From assembly GCF_009914755.1 (NCBI RefSeq), contig NC_060929.1: a stretch of DNA of 64,000 bases, one strand, 5' to 3'. Made by a program: the position numbers and the translations under genes. Below the pieces are notes generated by a model. It worked only from the letters and a program-made list of their open reading frames with translations. It had not been told where the DNA came from and ran no database searches. Source of the DNA: the human T2T-CHM13v2.0 reference genome, Homo sapiens. This document shows positions 36,615-50,667 of this stretch, piece after piece; position 1 is the first letter of the stretch, and every line of letters begins with the position of its first letter.

Positions 36615-39600
36615 GATGGCCAACTAGTCACAGCAAGAAGGAACATCTCCCTCTGAGGGACTGGGACATCAAGAAGACTGGCACACTCTTAGCAAATAGT
36701 AAAAGGGAAGGCACTGAGAGGGTACAAGGGAAGACACATGCTTGGGTTAAGCGGGAGGAAACTGGGAACACTGCACGAGGCTACCACACATCAAGACTTG
36801 TTCCTGACCCTCAATGACTCTTTGGGAAGGGGTGAGTTGAACAGGCAAGGAGAAACCTGCTCTTGCCATGGGCCTCTGGAATCCCCATAGGAGGAGACCC
36901 CTCAACCACCACAGACACTTGAGTTGACAGGGAGAGCTGCTAAGAGAAGTGGTAGGGGCAGAACTCCAGCTAGTGTGGAGGCCAGAGGGTTTGGTGCAGG
37001 AGCATCTTTAGTGGAGGACAGCCAAGGATGTCCATCCCTGTAGGCTCAAGTTGCTCCTGTAGGAGACTTTAGCCCTAGGAGAACTGACAGATTTGAATGC
37101 TGCAGGCCATTCTTGCCCATGAGATGAGGCCAGTCTGACCTGAGCACCCGTCAATTGGCTGGCTTCTCCCAGAGCCCCAGACTGGCCATGTTTGCTTGCA
37201 GTGCAGCCCCCAGTACCTCCTGGTGCTGCACATCATAGCTCCTGCGCTAGTGGACCTCACCTGAGCAGCAGAGTGCTCTGGCAGAGCAGCCCCCACTGGA
37301 CATGCACCAGTCTGCCAACACCCTCCTCCCACTGCAGCCTCCCCATGCCGCTTTACCTGTACACACACAGCCACAGCCACCTCCTACATTGCTTTGCTGG
37401 TGTGTGTGTACACAGGTGACATTGTCTTCCCTTCCTTGACAGTGTGCATGTCCCTGCCTAGCCACTGCTGCCAGTGTGAGTGCACCCCACCACTCCTCCC
37501 CAAAGTACCCCTCCTCCTGTGGGACTGCCATTGTTGTGGGAGTATAGATGGGCATGGAATCCACAGGCCCCACCCCTGTCAGTAACATGCCCCTGCACAT
37601 GAACACTTCCACCAGCTCAAAACTAGACAGAAGAGCTGACTCATCCCTTCCCTGAGCAGCCTCCACTGCCTGTGTGAACATGCACAGAGGATGCACCAGT
37701 GACCTGCTCCCATGCTAACACCATCACCAGCATCAGTGCATGCATACTTCCCAGCAGGGCCTCCTCTCCCCCACTGAGCTATGCTGTCACCGCAGTTGTG
37801 AATGTCCACACAGTGGCCAGCACCCTGGCACCCACTAGCACCCTGCCACAGCCAACAGGCATGCACCTTGCCATGCTGCCACTGCTGCTGGTGTATGCAA
37901 ATGAAAACAGATCCCACTGCCACAGCCCTACAAAGAGTTTTGGCTGGCTCCACCCATCAGAGTGTTATAACCAGCTGTCCAGGAGCACCTTGGCCTCTCC
38001 AGTGCAGCAGGTTCCCCAACTCAAGGAGCCAGAAAACAAAGCCAGGGCCTGATACCAGTCCCCAGAATTAAAGCATGTAGTCCAGGAGTCCTGAGCTGAA
38101 CCTTGGCTTCCAAAAATCTCTCAGAAACGAAGCCAGTTGACTAAACCCACCTTATACCACAATGAAACCTCCAAGATCATCAAATAGGATAAAAGAAAAA
38201 CAAAACCCATTGAAAGGAGAACAACATCAAAGATTGAAGGACCATCAGCCCACAAAGATGAGAAAGGCCAAGCACAAGAATTCTGACAATTCAAAAAGCT
38301 AGAGTGTCTTCTTTCCTTCAGACTACCAGACTAGTTCTCCAGTAAGGGTTCTAAGCTGGGCTGAGATGCCTGAAATGACAGAAATAGAATTCAGAATATG
38401 GATAAGAATGAAGGTCAGTGACATTCAAGAGAACATTAAAACCCAATCTAAGAAAGCTAAGAATCCCAATAAAATGATACCAGAGCTGACAGAAAACATA
38501 GCCAATACAGAAAAGAAATAACAGACCAGACAGAGCTGAAAAACATGCTACATGAATTTCATGATGCAATCTCAAGTATAACAGCAAAACAGATCAAGAT
38601 GGGAGATAATCTCATTTTTGAAGACTGGCTTTCTAAAATAAGACAGTCAGACAAGAATAAAGAAAAAATAATGGAAAGAAATGAACAAAACCTCCAAGAA
38701 ATATGGGATTATGTAGACAATCTCTACAACTCACTGGCATCCCCGAAAGATATGGGGAGAATAAAATCAACTGGGAAAACATATTTCACAGTATCATTCA
38801 TGCAAATGTCCTCAACCTAGCTAGAGAGGCCAACATTTAAATTCAGAAAATGCAGAGAACTCCCATAAGATACTTCACAAGAAGATCATCCCCAAGCATG
38901 TAACCACCAGATTTTCCAAAGGTCAAAATGCAAGAAAATTTATTAAAGGCAGATAGAAAGGACAAGTCACCTACAAAGGGAAGCCCATCACACTAAAAGC
39001 AGACCTCTGAGTAGAAACCCAACAAGTGAGAAGAGATTGAGGGCCTACATTCAACATTCTTAAAGAAAAGAAATTCCAACCCAGAATTTCCTATCAAGCC
39101 AAACTAAGCATAAGCAAAGGAAAAATTAGATTATTTTCAGAAAAGCAATTGCTGAGGGAAATTGTTACCCCCAGACCTGCCTTACAATAGTTCCTGAAGA
39201 AAGCAGTAAATATGGAAAAGAAAGATCATTACCAGCCACTACAAAAACACACATAAGTACACAGACCAGTGACAAAATAAAGCAACCAGAACAAGTCTGC
39301 ATAACTACCTAACAACATGACAACAGATTTAAATCTACACATATCAATACTAACCTTAAATGTAAATGACTAAATGACCAGTTAAAAGACAGAGAGTGGC
39401 AAGCTGGATAAAGAAGTAAGACCCAATGGTATGCTGTCTTCAAGAGACCCAGTTCACATGCAGTGACACCCATAGGCTCAAAATAAAGGGATAGAGAAAA
39501 ATTTACCAAGAAAATGGAAAACTGAATAAAGCAGAGGTTGCAATTCTAATTTCAGACAAAATGGTCTTTAAACCAACAAAGATAAAAAATGATGAAGAAG

Positions 39601-42600
39601 GGCATAACATAATCATAAAGGGTTCAATTCAACAAGAAGACCTAAGTATCCTGAATATATATGCCACAAACACAGGAACACCCATATTCATAAAGCAAGT
39701 TCTTAGAGACATTCAAATAGACTTAAACTCCCAAACAATAATAGTGGGAGTATGCAACATTTCACTAACAGTATTAGACAGATAATTGAGGCAAAAAATT
39801 GACAAAGATATCCAGGACCTGAACTCAATATTGAACCAAATGGACATGATAGACATCTACAGAACTCTTCACCCAAAACAACAGTATATACATTCTTCTT
39901 ATTGCCACGTCGTACATACTCTAAAATAGAACACACAATTGGACATAGAACAATCTTCAATAAATACAAAAGAACCAAATTGTACCAAAAACTCTCTCAG
40001 GTCAAAGTCCAATAAAAATGGAAATCAATACTCAGAAAATCGCTCAAAACAATACAATTACAAGGAAATAAAACAACCAGCTCCTGAATTAATTTTGAGC
40101 AAATAATGAAACTAAAGCAGAAATCAATAAGTTCTTTAAAACTAATGAGAAATAAGATACAACAACCAGAATATTGGAGGCACAGCTAAGGCACCATTAA
40201 GAGGGAAATTTATAGCACTAAGTGCCCACATCAAAAAGTAAGAAAGATCTCAAATTAAAAGCCTAACATACAACTGGAAAACCAGGGAATCAAGAGCAAA
40301 CCAACCCCAAAGTTAGCAAAGGACAAGAAATAACCAAAATCAGAGCTGAAGAGACTGAAAATTAAGAACCATTCAAAAATCATGAGATCAACAGATACAA
40401 GAGATGGAGTTTTTTGAGAAAATTGTTAAGATATATAGACCACTGGACTAATGAAGAAAAGTGAGAATATCCAAATAAATGTATTTAGAAATGACAAAGA
40501 ATATTACCAGTGACCCCAAAGAAACACAAATAACCATCAGAAACTACTACGAACACCTCTATGCAAACTAGAAAATCTGGAAGAAATGTGTAAATTCCTG
40601 GATACATACACCCTCCCAAGACTGAGCCAGGAAGAAACTGAATCCCTAAACAGACCAATAATGAGCTCCAGTATTGAATAAGTAAGAAATAGCCTACCAA
40701 CCAAAGGCAAGGACCAGACAGATTCACAGTTGAATTTTAAGAGATGTACAAAGAGCTAGTACCATTTTCATTGAAACTGTTCCAAAAAATTGAAGGGGAG
40801 GGACTCCTCCCCAACTAATTCTATGAGTCCACCATCATCCTGATACCAAAAAGTGGTAGAGATACAATAAGAAAAGAAAACTTCAGGCCAGTATCCTTGA
40901 TGAACATTGATACAAATTACTAGCAAACCAAATTCAACAGCACATCAAAAAATGAATCCACTATGATCAAGTAGACTTTATCCCTTGAGTGCAAGGTTGT
41001 TTCAATATATGCAAATCAATAAATGTTGATTCATCGCATAAACAGAAATAAGACCAAAACCAGATAATTATCTCAATAGATGCAGAAAGGCTTTTGCATC
41101 CCTTCATGTTACAAACTCTCAACAAACTAAGTATTGAAGGTACATACCTCAAAATAATAAAAGCCATCTATTTCAGACCCACAGCCAACATCATACTGAA
41201 TGGTCAGAAGCTGGAAGCATTCCCCTTGAAAACCAGCACAAGACAAGGACACCTCTTTCATGTCTCCTATTTAAGATAGTATTGGAAGTTCTGGCCAGAG
41301 TGATCAGGCAAGATAAAGAAATAAAGGGCATTCAATTAGGAATAGAGGAAGTAAAACTATCCCTGTTCACGGATAACATTATTTTATAGCTAAAAAACCC
41401 CATAGTCTTGACCCAAAAGCTCCACAACCTGATAAGCAACTTCAACAAAGTGTCAGGATACAAAATCAATGTACAAAAATCACTAGTATTCCTATACACC
41501 AACAACAGCCATACCAAGAGCAAAATTGGAGATGCAATCCCATTTGTGATTGCCAAAAAAGAAGAAAATACCTAGAAATTCAGCTAACCAGAGAGATGAA
41601 AGATCTCTACAATGAGAATTATTAAACGCTGTTCAAAGTAATCAGAGATAACACCAAAAAAAAAAAAATGGAAAAACATTCCATGCTCACAGATAGGAAG
41701 AATCAACATTGGTAAAATGGCCATACTGTTCACAGCAATTTATAGGTTTAATGCTATCCGTATCAAACTACCATTGACATTCTTCACAGAACTAGAAAAT
41801 TCATATGGAACCAAAAAAAAGAGCCCAAAAAGACAAGGCAATCCTAAGCAATAAGCACAAAGCAGGAGGCATCATGCTACTTGACTTTAAATTATACTAC
41901 AGAAATACAGTAACCAAAACAGCATGGTACTGGCAAAAAGAAAAAATAGACACATAGACAAATGGAACAGAATAGAGAGCCCAGAAATATGGCAACACAC
42001 CAACAGCCATCTGATCTTCAATAAAGCTGACAAAAACAAGCAATGGGGAAAGGACTCACTATTCAATAAATGGTACTGGGAGAACTGGCTAGCCATATGC
42101 AGGATATTGAAACTGGACCCCTTCCTTACATCATATACAAAAATCAATTCAAGATGGATTAAAGACTTACTCCCCAACTGTAAAAACCCTGGAAGAAAAT
42201 CTAGGCAATATCATTGTGAGCATAGCAACTGGCAAAAGATTTTGAATGAAGACACCAAAAGCAATGGCAAAAAAAGCAAAAATTGACACGAGATCTAATT
42301 AAACTGAAGAGCTTCTGCACAACAAAAGAAACTATCAACAGAGTAAACAGACAAGTTACAGTATGAGAGAAATATTTGCATACTACACATCTGACAAAGC
42401 TCTAATATTCAACATCTATAAAAAACTTAAACAAATTTCCAAAAAACCAACCCCGTTAAAAAGCGGGCAGAGGACATGAACAGACACTTTTTAAAAGAAG
42501 ACATACATGTGGCCAAAAATCCCATGAGAAAAAAGCTCAGTAACGCTGATCATTAGAAAAATTCATTTCAAAACCACAATGAGATACCATCCCACACTGG

Positions 42601-43075
42601 TCAGAATGGCTATTACTAAAAAGTCAAAAACAAGATGCTGGCAAGGTTGTAGAGAAAAGAGAACACTTATAGACTGCTGGTGGGACAGTAAATTAGTTCA
42701 ACCAATGTGGAAAACAGTGTGCCAATTCCTCAAAGCCCTAAAAACAGAACTTCCATTTTACCCAGCAATCCCATTACTGGTTATATGCCCAAACAAATAT
42801 AAATCATTCTGTCACAAAAACACATGCATGTGTATGTTCATTGCAGCACTCTTCCCAATACGAAAGACAAGGAATCAACCTAAATGATAGACTGGATAGA
42901 AACCCATCAATGGTGATATTCCCCTTCCTGTGTCCATGTGATCTCATTGTTCAATTCCCACCTATGACTGAGAATGTGCTCATGTACCCTAAAACTTAAA
43001 GTATAATAATAAAAAATAAATAAATAAATAAATTAAATAAATAAAACCATCAATGGTAAACTGGATAGAAAACAT
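36615..43075 (+). mobile_element. Older near-full-length L1 (L1PA13-16 type): ~1.6-kb GC-rich 5'UTR, decayed ORF1 (~38258-39256) and ORF2 (~39317-43075); 3'UTR missing
   Basis: Start GATGGCCAACTAG; ORF1/ORF2-like fragments at 38545, 39561, 41094, 41924 and 42579; many stops and frameshifts. Confidence 0.9.
42915..43042 (+). mobile_element. Miniature L1PA2-like insertion with 5' inversion, nested in the older L1
   Basis: ~60 nt antisense L1 3' sequence, ~35 nt sense terminus, (TAAA)n tail; TSD AAA(C/A)CCATCAATGGT at 42900-42914 and 43043-43057. Confidence 0.92.
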
Positions 43076-45430
43076 GTAATATCTGAAATAAGAGCACATT
43101 GGATGAGATTAGACACAATAGACATAGAATTAGACCAGAAATAGAATATTTCACAATAGGACGCAGAAGAGAAGAAACTAGAAGTAGAATATGTATAATC
43201 TGAACACTGGAAGAAACAGGAATGGGAAAAATAAAAGAACATGAAATTCAAGAGGATATATGAGACATTATCAAAAGTTCTAACCTACATGAACTTGAGT
43301 CTCAAGTAATGAAGAGAAAGAGAATGAAACAGAATCAATACACAAAGAAGTAACAGCAAATAATTATTTAAAACTGCTGAGAAATCCTCAGTGAATCCCA
43401 TGGAGATGAAAATATTTCATTGAATTATATGCAGGATAAATGTAAATAAAATTATATCCAGTCGCATCACAGTGAAATTATTGAAAATGAAAGATGAAGA
43501 GAAAACGTTGACAGTAGCCAGAGAAACAAAAGATGTATTACCTTCCAAGGAACAATAAGATTGATGACTTTTCAACAAAAACAATCAAAGCCAGATGGCA
43601 GTTTAATGACATATTTAAGCACTAGAAAAGTTTTCAATATACAATTCTGTACTCAGAAGAAATATCCTTAAAAGTGAAATAACAGTTGTCAGACTTGTCC
43701 TATCACCATAAACAGCTTTAAAACTAGAAACACTATAAGAAGAAGCTTTTTTCAGACACTGAAAAACATAAAGCACAAGGCTATTATCTATCAGAGAAGG
43801 GAAATACATTAGGTGGACATGACGTTGTGTAAGAGTTCCACCTGGGGAATCTTTCTGAATGACAATAGAAGGAAGAGGAGCCCCAAAAGACATAAACAAT
43901 CACTTGTTGAAGAGGAAACAGTAATTGAAATATGAAACTTCTGAAGCAGCTAAAATTTACAAAACAGGATATGAGACTTGATTCAATTGAAATGATAGGA
44001 AATTTTCCCTTAGAAACAGGACTACACTCATGCTAGAGTAAGTGCTACTTCAGAACTTCCCTAATAAATCCTAAAACCAAGACTAAGAGGAATGGTAAAT
44101 TAACTGCCTGTAAGATCCAAAACTCATCATTAAAAATAGTGATCCCACAGAATCCAGACTTTCAACCATGTTACATCCACAGGGCCAGCATGCAATCACA
44201 AATACCCCCACACAGAAGAAGGGAACTGATCTATAGCTAAAAGGAAAAAGAAGTGAAGAGGCATGCAGAGATGTCACTGAAATTAGCAAACCAGAAAGTG
44301 TAAAGAGCTGTTATATTTAAGTTCAGAGACTTTAAAAGTATAGGCATGATTAAGCAAAAGGTGAAAAATCACAACACAGAAATGAAAGTTATAAAAAAGA
44401 ACTAAATTAGTTTGCTTCTAGTTATAATGGAGTAAATGTTACTAGACTAGCCCTCCTGCTATAATCAAACAGAAAATGCTTTTAGATTTTGAACAAGAGA
44501 CTACAGGGCTGTAATCCTGATAGAAGAGACACCAACAAGATTATTTTATAATTGCCCCAGTTTGCTGAATGTCTGGAGGCACTTTCTTGACTATAGTGAG
44601 GAGGAAATCAATTAGAAGAAACATTCTGTCTATGTTAAGGAGATAAAGCTCAGAGTTCATGGATGTAGAGACAGCTGGAATATATGGAGCAAAACATCAC
44701 ATAGAGTGTTATACAGAGAAAGAGCTTTGGAAACCCACAATGACTTCCTTTTAGTCTTCAGCTAAAGACTAAGATGCAAATGTATAGAATTATATTCCAC
44801 AAGACTGAACAATGCAAAACTAGCTTGAATTTGTAAACTAAACAACTATCAAAACTCATACAGAGTAGAAAACATTTGAATTCAGAAAAGAAAGCATATA
44901 GGTATATTATTGAACCCTTAAGGCTTTAAGTAGAGATCCAGAAAAGAGATACACATATTTTAGTAGTGATAAACCATTACTTAAGTAAAGACTATTTTAG
45001 ACCTCTTCTAACAATGCATACAGCAAGCTTTCAAAGGATCAAGCTAACCCACAAATAACTTCCTGACAGAAAAAATCTTAACATTTTTAGAGAAAAGCAA
45101 TAAATTTCAGACATTCAAAACATAATATTTACAATGTCCAACACTTAGTAAAAAAATACTCATTAAATGAAGAAGAAAAATGTGATCTGAGAATAATCAG
45201 GAGAAATGAATCCATAAATCTATGTCTGGAATTGACAGATGAAAATTTTATAGCATATGTTATAAATTATAAATGTGTTTAATAATTTTAAGGAAGGCAT
45301 AAAAATAAAAATAGATGCTATAAGGAGAAAAAAAGGAATTTTTAGTGGCAAATATACAATTCACTGAATAGAAATATCAGTAGATTACATATTGCAGAAA
45401 AAAAGACAAGTGAGCTTGAAGATAGGGCCT
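43076..45430 (+). mobile_element. Old L1M (MC/MD/ME-type) ORF1 and 5'-region fragments
   Basis: A-rich decayed ORF1 motifs such as CATCACAGTGAAATTATTGAAAATGAAAGA, AAGCCAGATGGCAG and GTGAGCTTGAAGATAG. Confidence 0.65.
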
Positions 45431-46059
45431 TCATAATAGATTACATGAATATTATAGATTTTTGCATGAAGAAATATCAATGCCAAGAATTTTTATTGCT
45501 TTTCTTTGTGCTCCAATTAATGGTTCTAAAAAAAAACCCCAAAATAATGATTTTGTAATTCACAAATCATGACAGCTGAGTTATGGTGTCCAATGTTAAA
45601 CAATTCATATATACATATATGTCTAAATTAAACATGTGATCATAATTATTTACATGTTAAAAACTGTTAAGATTTCAATTTTAAGAGTAGTGATTTATGT
45701 GATTAAATTAGAATCTTTGTATTTTATGATGATAATACCTTACGTGTATCCCTAATACAAAGTTTGATCTCTAATCCAAAATTCGATTTTGTTTTTGAAT
45801 TTAAGAATTGCTTTAAAAATTTTAATGCCAATTTCATTCCAACTTCCCCAGAAAAGTATTGTTTTCCAAATTAATATTGATAGAACATAATCTAAGAAAT
45901 ATGATGACTCAGTAAAAGGTATAACTTTTCAGTATTTTCAATAAAACATAAACTATGAGAAATGTTTGTTTACAATAACATTTTGTGGAAATTAAGACAC
46001 AAATAATAATTTTATGAAATAAACATATATTTGTGAATCATGTATTTATTTTTTATTAT

Positions 46060-46592
46060 CTGAAACCAGCAGGACTCTTGGGAGACATTTCTCCATAGGT
46101 ATCTTGAATTTTTGCATATCTTGTAAGCATAGTTACTGACAGTCTTTTGTTCCAGACTATTTTTTATAGAATGTTTGTATAGCATACATACGTGGTAGAT
46201 AGAGCTACTGTGTGCCTCCAGACACAAAGGCAGGATATTGTTATCCAGAATAATAAAGACAATGTCTACCTTGGAGATAAAGTTTAGATAGGTTTGCTTG
46301 CAACTCCTTTAAAAGATTGAGTTTTTTTTTTATGGTCCAGGTTCTACCACTTTACTGAAAGATACTATATGCACAGGCATTAATGTGTCTTTTGTCATGT
46401 CAGCCTGTGGGGACTGGGGTTCAATGAGCTTATATAAGTGATGATACTTTGGCTACTATATGCTCTAAGTAATAAAGTCCTTTGTCTCTCATCCAGGACT
46501 CTCATGTCACCTGCAACTCTTCATGAAAGTGTGGTGGACTAACTTGTTAGACAGCAAGTATAGTAAAATCTCCCACTTTTCACAGTTCTTAA
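46060..46592 (+). mobile_element. ERVL-class solo LTR, MER77/LTR47-like
   Basis: TTTGTTCCAGACTAT...GATAGAGCTA...AATAAAGACAATGTCT, AATAAAGTCCTTTGTCTCT, CACAGTTCTT end. Confidence 0.7.
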
Positions 46593-48925
46593 TAGAAGCT
46601 ACTCAGAGAACCATCAGACATGAATATAAACATAAATTTCATCTCTTTTATTCATTACCAAATCTAGAGAAGCTGTCAACACGTATACACACTACATTCT
46701 AAAACACAACCCAATTTATTTAACTCATAGAACTTACCACAATCTGAAGTTATCTTTTCACTTTACTTGATTGTTTACAAATATTTTGCTTGTTTTCCTT
46801 TTTCACTACTAGAAAGCAAAATCAATGAAGAAGGGTTCTTATGAATTTATGTTTAAGCCTAAAAGATAAATTATGGCTAATAGAAACAAGACTTTTCCAT
46901 TTCTTTTAGCCCAGAGTTAGATTATAATTCATGCTCATATTTATTTGATTTCTCTGACATTGCCCAAGTTTTGCTGATATTCTTCTGCTTATCCTGTGCT
47001 CATTATTTGTAAGTGACATCTGCAATGGAGCAAGTGGTTTTCATGTACTTACTTGCTTCTGATTATACATAATTTCATCATTTTCTTATCAACTGCATTT
47101 TTTTTTCTTAAAACACAGTCTTGGATACGGTTTCTAAGAAAGTTTATAATTTCTAGGTTTTCTTATTATCAGCTGGAGTTCTTAATTTTCCCAGATTTGC
47201 ACATGGCTGGCCCTTTCATTTCTGTTTCCTGTGAAGGTGTTATGTCCTATGATGAGAAGAAAAGGTAGAGAAGAGTGCTTTAATCTTCATACGTAATTCT
47301 ATAATTGAATTTGGGTGGAAAATAAATTTTTTCTGCAGGGACTGTGAAAAACCATTGAAACATCCCATTTGATTTCAGATGCAAAGAGATATTCATGTGT
47401 AATCCTTAGATATCCAAAACCTTTAGACTACTAGATGTTAATCATGGAAATATACCCAAGCAAGCATTGGGTCACAGATAAAAGACAAGCCTCACACAAC
47501 TTAAACAGATGTAAATAATATTCCCAGAGGAAATTGTTAGGCTTAAACTTAAGAGAAATATAATAAGCCGACAGTGTTGTGAGAAAACAAAAGCACAAAA
47601 ATAAGATACAAATCAAGAAACTAGATTGATATAACTTGTATATAGATAATAAAATAACAGTATCATTAAAATTATATAGTTAATGTGATCCTTCATAAAA
47701 CAGGTGTCTGAAGTTAAATATAGATTCTTAGAGAAGAAAATATTTATAAATTTTTATTAAAATAATATTAATCTTGTTAAGGGACAAAAATTGAATCTTC
47801 TACTCTGTGAATAAATTGTATATTGAATCCAGGAGAACTATGCTATTTTACTATGATAAAATCCATGATATAATAAAGACTTTTATTATTTTACAGTTTA
47901 TTAATCTGTTAAGACTAATATTGACAATCTGGTAATTCAAAATTTCTCCCATAAGACATAATCTGTAAATATTTTTAAATATACAAAAATCAGCAATCTT
48001 ATATCATAAAGCTAAAATAGAATTTATTATTTCATATATTGGTAAAATTGTTTAGTCAATAATTCTATTAACTGATTATGTTCTAGAGAAGTAATTATTT
48101 TCTTGTGAAAATTGAATTATGGCACCATATAGATTAGTATATTTTTTAAGGTAATCAAATGTATAAACAAGAGTTAAAACAATTGAGTTTTTTCTGTTGA
48201 GTAACTTATCTGTTGTTCGGTGGGTGGATTTGAGATTAACTTTGTAAGTAGTTATTTAATATTGAATCAACACAGTTGCATTCTTCCACAATCTATACAC
48301 AGAGGATATAACAAAAAGAGCATCAATTCTTTGTGTTATTATTAGATTTACTTGTTTTAGTATTTTATGAATTTTCAAACAATAATTATAAAACAAAGAA
48401 TCAAACCAAGCAAATCCCATATTACCATTTAGCTATAATATACACTTAATTACAATCAGCATTCTATCAAAAAGCATATCTATGGGCTTGGATTATTTAT
48501 GGCTGTCATAAAGCCACTTGTTAAGTATGAAAGGGAGGCGTATCAGTTTACTTTAATCTAATGAAGTGAACAGAGGAAAAAATAGCTAAAATTGTAATTT
48601 ATAATGACTTTTGTCAATAAAATAACTTAATTTAGTTATTTTAGTTATGTATTTAGTTATTTGGATAGTGAATTTTGCTTTCACACATAAAACTACCAAA
48701 TACACAAGAAACATTTAAGAAACATTTAAAGTATCATATTCTATCTTAAAATATGACATTATTTCAGAGAAATGTCACCTGAGCAAAATGTCATTGGTGA
48801 AAAATTGTTTTACAGAGTGTAAAAATATCTGGTCTGAATTTTATTTCTATATCATTTGCACTTTTTTTGCCTGTTGACTTAAATATGTAAATGTCTAAAT
48901 TTAATAAAATATTCAAGTGTTAACA

Positions 48926-50050
48926 GTTTTTTTTTAATTATATTTTAAGTCTAGGGTACATGTGCATAATGTGCAGGTAGGTTTATTTCATAGGCGTACA
49001 TGTGCCATGTTGGTTTGCTGCACCCATCAGCTTGTCGTTTACATTAGGTATTTCTCCTAACACTATCCCTCCCCCAGACCCCCACCCCCCCACAGGCCCC
49101 GGTGTGTGATGTTCCCCTCCCTGTGTCCATGTGTTCTCATTTTTCAACTCCCACTTACAAGTGAGAACATGCGATGTTTGGTTTTGTGTCCTTGTGATAT
49201 TTTGCTAAGAGTGATGGTTTCCAGCTTCATCCATCATGTCAAGAGACATGAACTCATCATTTCTTATGGCTGCATAGTATTCCATGGTGTGCCACATTTT
49301 CTTTATCCATTCTATTATTGTTGGATATTTGGGTTGGTTCCAAGTCTTTGCTATTGTGAATAGTGCCGCAATAAACATACGTGTGCATCCGTCTTTATAG
49401 TAGCATGATTTATAATCCTACGGGTGTATACCTAGTAATGGGATTGCTGGGTCAAACAGTATTTCTAGTTCTAGATCCTTGAGGAATCACCACACTGTCT
49501 TTCACAATGGTTCAACTAATTTACGCTCCCAACATCAGTGTAAAAGCATTCCTATTTCTCCACATCCTCTCCAGCATCTGCTGTTTCTTGATTTTTAATG
49601 ATCGCCATTCTAACTGGCATGAGATGGTATTTCATTGTGGTTTTGATTTGCATTTCCATAATGACCAGTGATGATGAGCATTTTTTCATATGTCTGTTGG
49701 CTGCATAAATGTCTTATTTTGAGAAGTGTCTGTTCATATCCTTTGCCCAGTTTTTGATGGGGTTGTTTGTTTTTTTCTTGTAAATTTGTTTAAGTTCTTT
49801 GTAGATTCCAGATGTTAGCCCTTTGTCAGGTGGATAGATAGCAAAAATTTTGTCCAATTCTGTAGGTTGCCTGTTCACTCTGGTGATAGTTTCTTTTGTT
49901 GTGCAGAAGCTCTTTAGTTTAATTAGAACCCATTTGTCAATTTTGGCTTTTGTTGCAATTGCTTTTGGTGTTTTAGTCATGAAGTCTCTGCCCATACATA
50001 TGTCCTGAATGGTATTGCCTAGGTTTTCTTCTAGGGTTTTTATGGTTTTT
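48926..50050 (-). mobile_element. L1PA7-like 5'-truncated 3' fragment
   Basis: Poly(T), L1 3'UTR, ORF2 frame 49714-49995; no clear TSD. Confidence 0.92.
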
Positions 50051-50667
50051 ATAGAATTAAAGAAACCCTTAAAGTGAATATATTTTTTAAAGCCCTAGTA
50101 TGTATCATTTAGTAATATAATATGCCTTTTTTGTTAATAATATGAAGAAAATAAGAGAGTCAATTCAGATGGGAAATTGAGCTCCATATTGTTCTGTGCA
50201 TTCTTGATAATATTTGACACCATATTTATCCCTTGAGGGTTGAGAAATAGACTTAATGATTAACCAAAATCTTAAGAGTACTGTAGAGTAATGTGTGGTT
50301 TTTGATTGTTCTAGCATTAGTAAAGAAACAATATTTGTACTGTATTAGCACTTGCTTAATAAAATTGCATACATATAGAAATTCAGACTGAATAGTCTCT
50401 TTATTGTGAAAGACTTAACAAAATTGATGTGTAAATTTGGCATAAATTCTAGTAACCATTGCTGAAAATCTGAAAATATTTTTATCCATATTCAATGTAG
50501 TAAATGGCAGTTTGATGCTTGTTAAAAATTTATTTACTCAACTAGATATTATGTGAAGTAAACATTTTCTCATCCTAAGCACTCTCAAAATAAGGAAGAT
50601 GAAAAGCTACTTTTACTATGTGAAAGAAGGTTTATTTTTATTATCAATGAGTTATTACTGGGAAGAT

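Noticed and set aside
37075-38071. Cluster of overlapping GC-rich ORFs on both strands suggesting a gene
   Set aside because: They lie in the degenerate repeat-rich 5'UTR of the old L1. GC richness explains the scarcity of stops, and no domain is recognisable.
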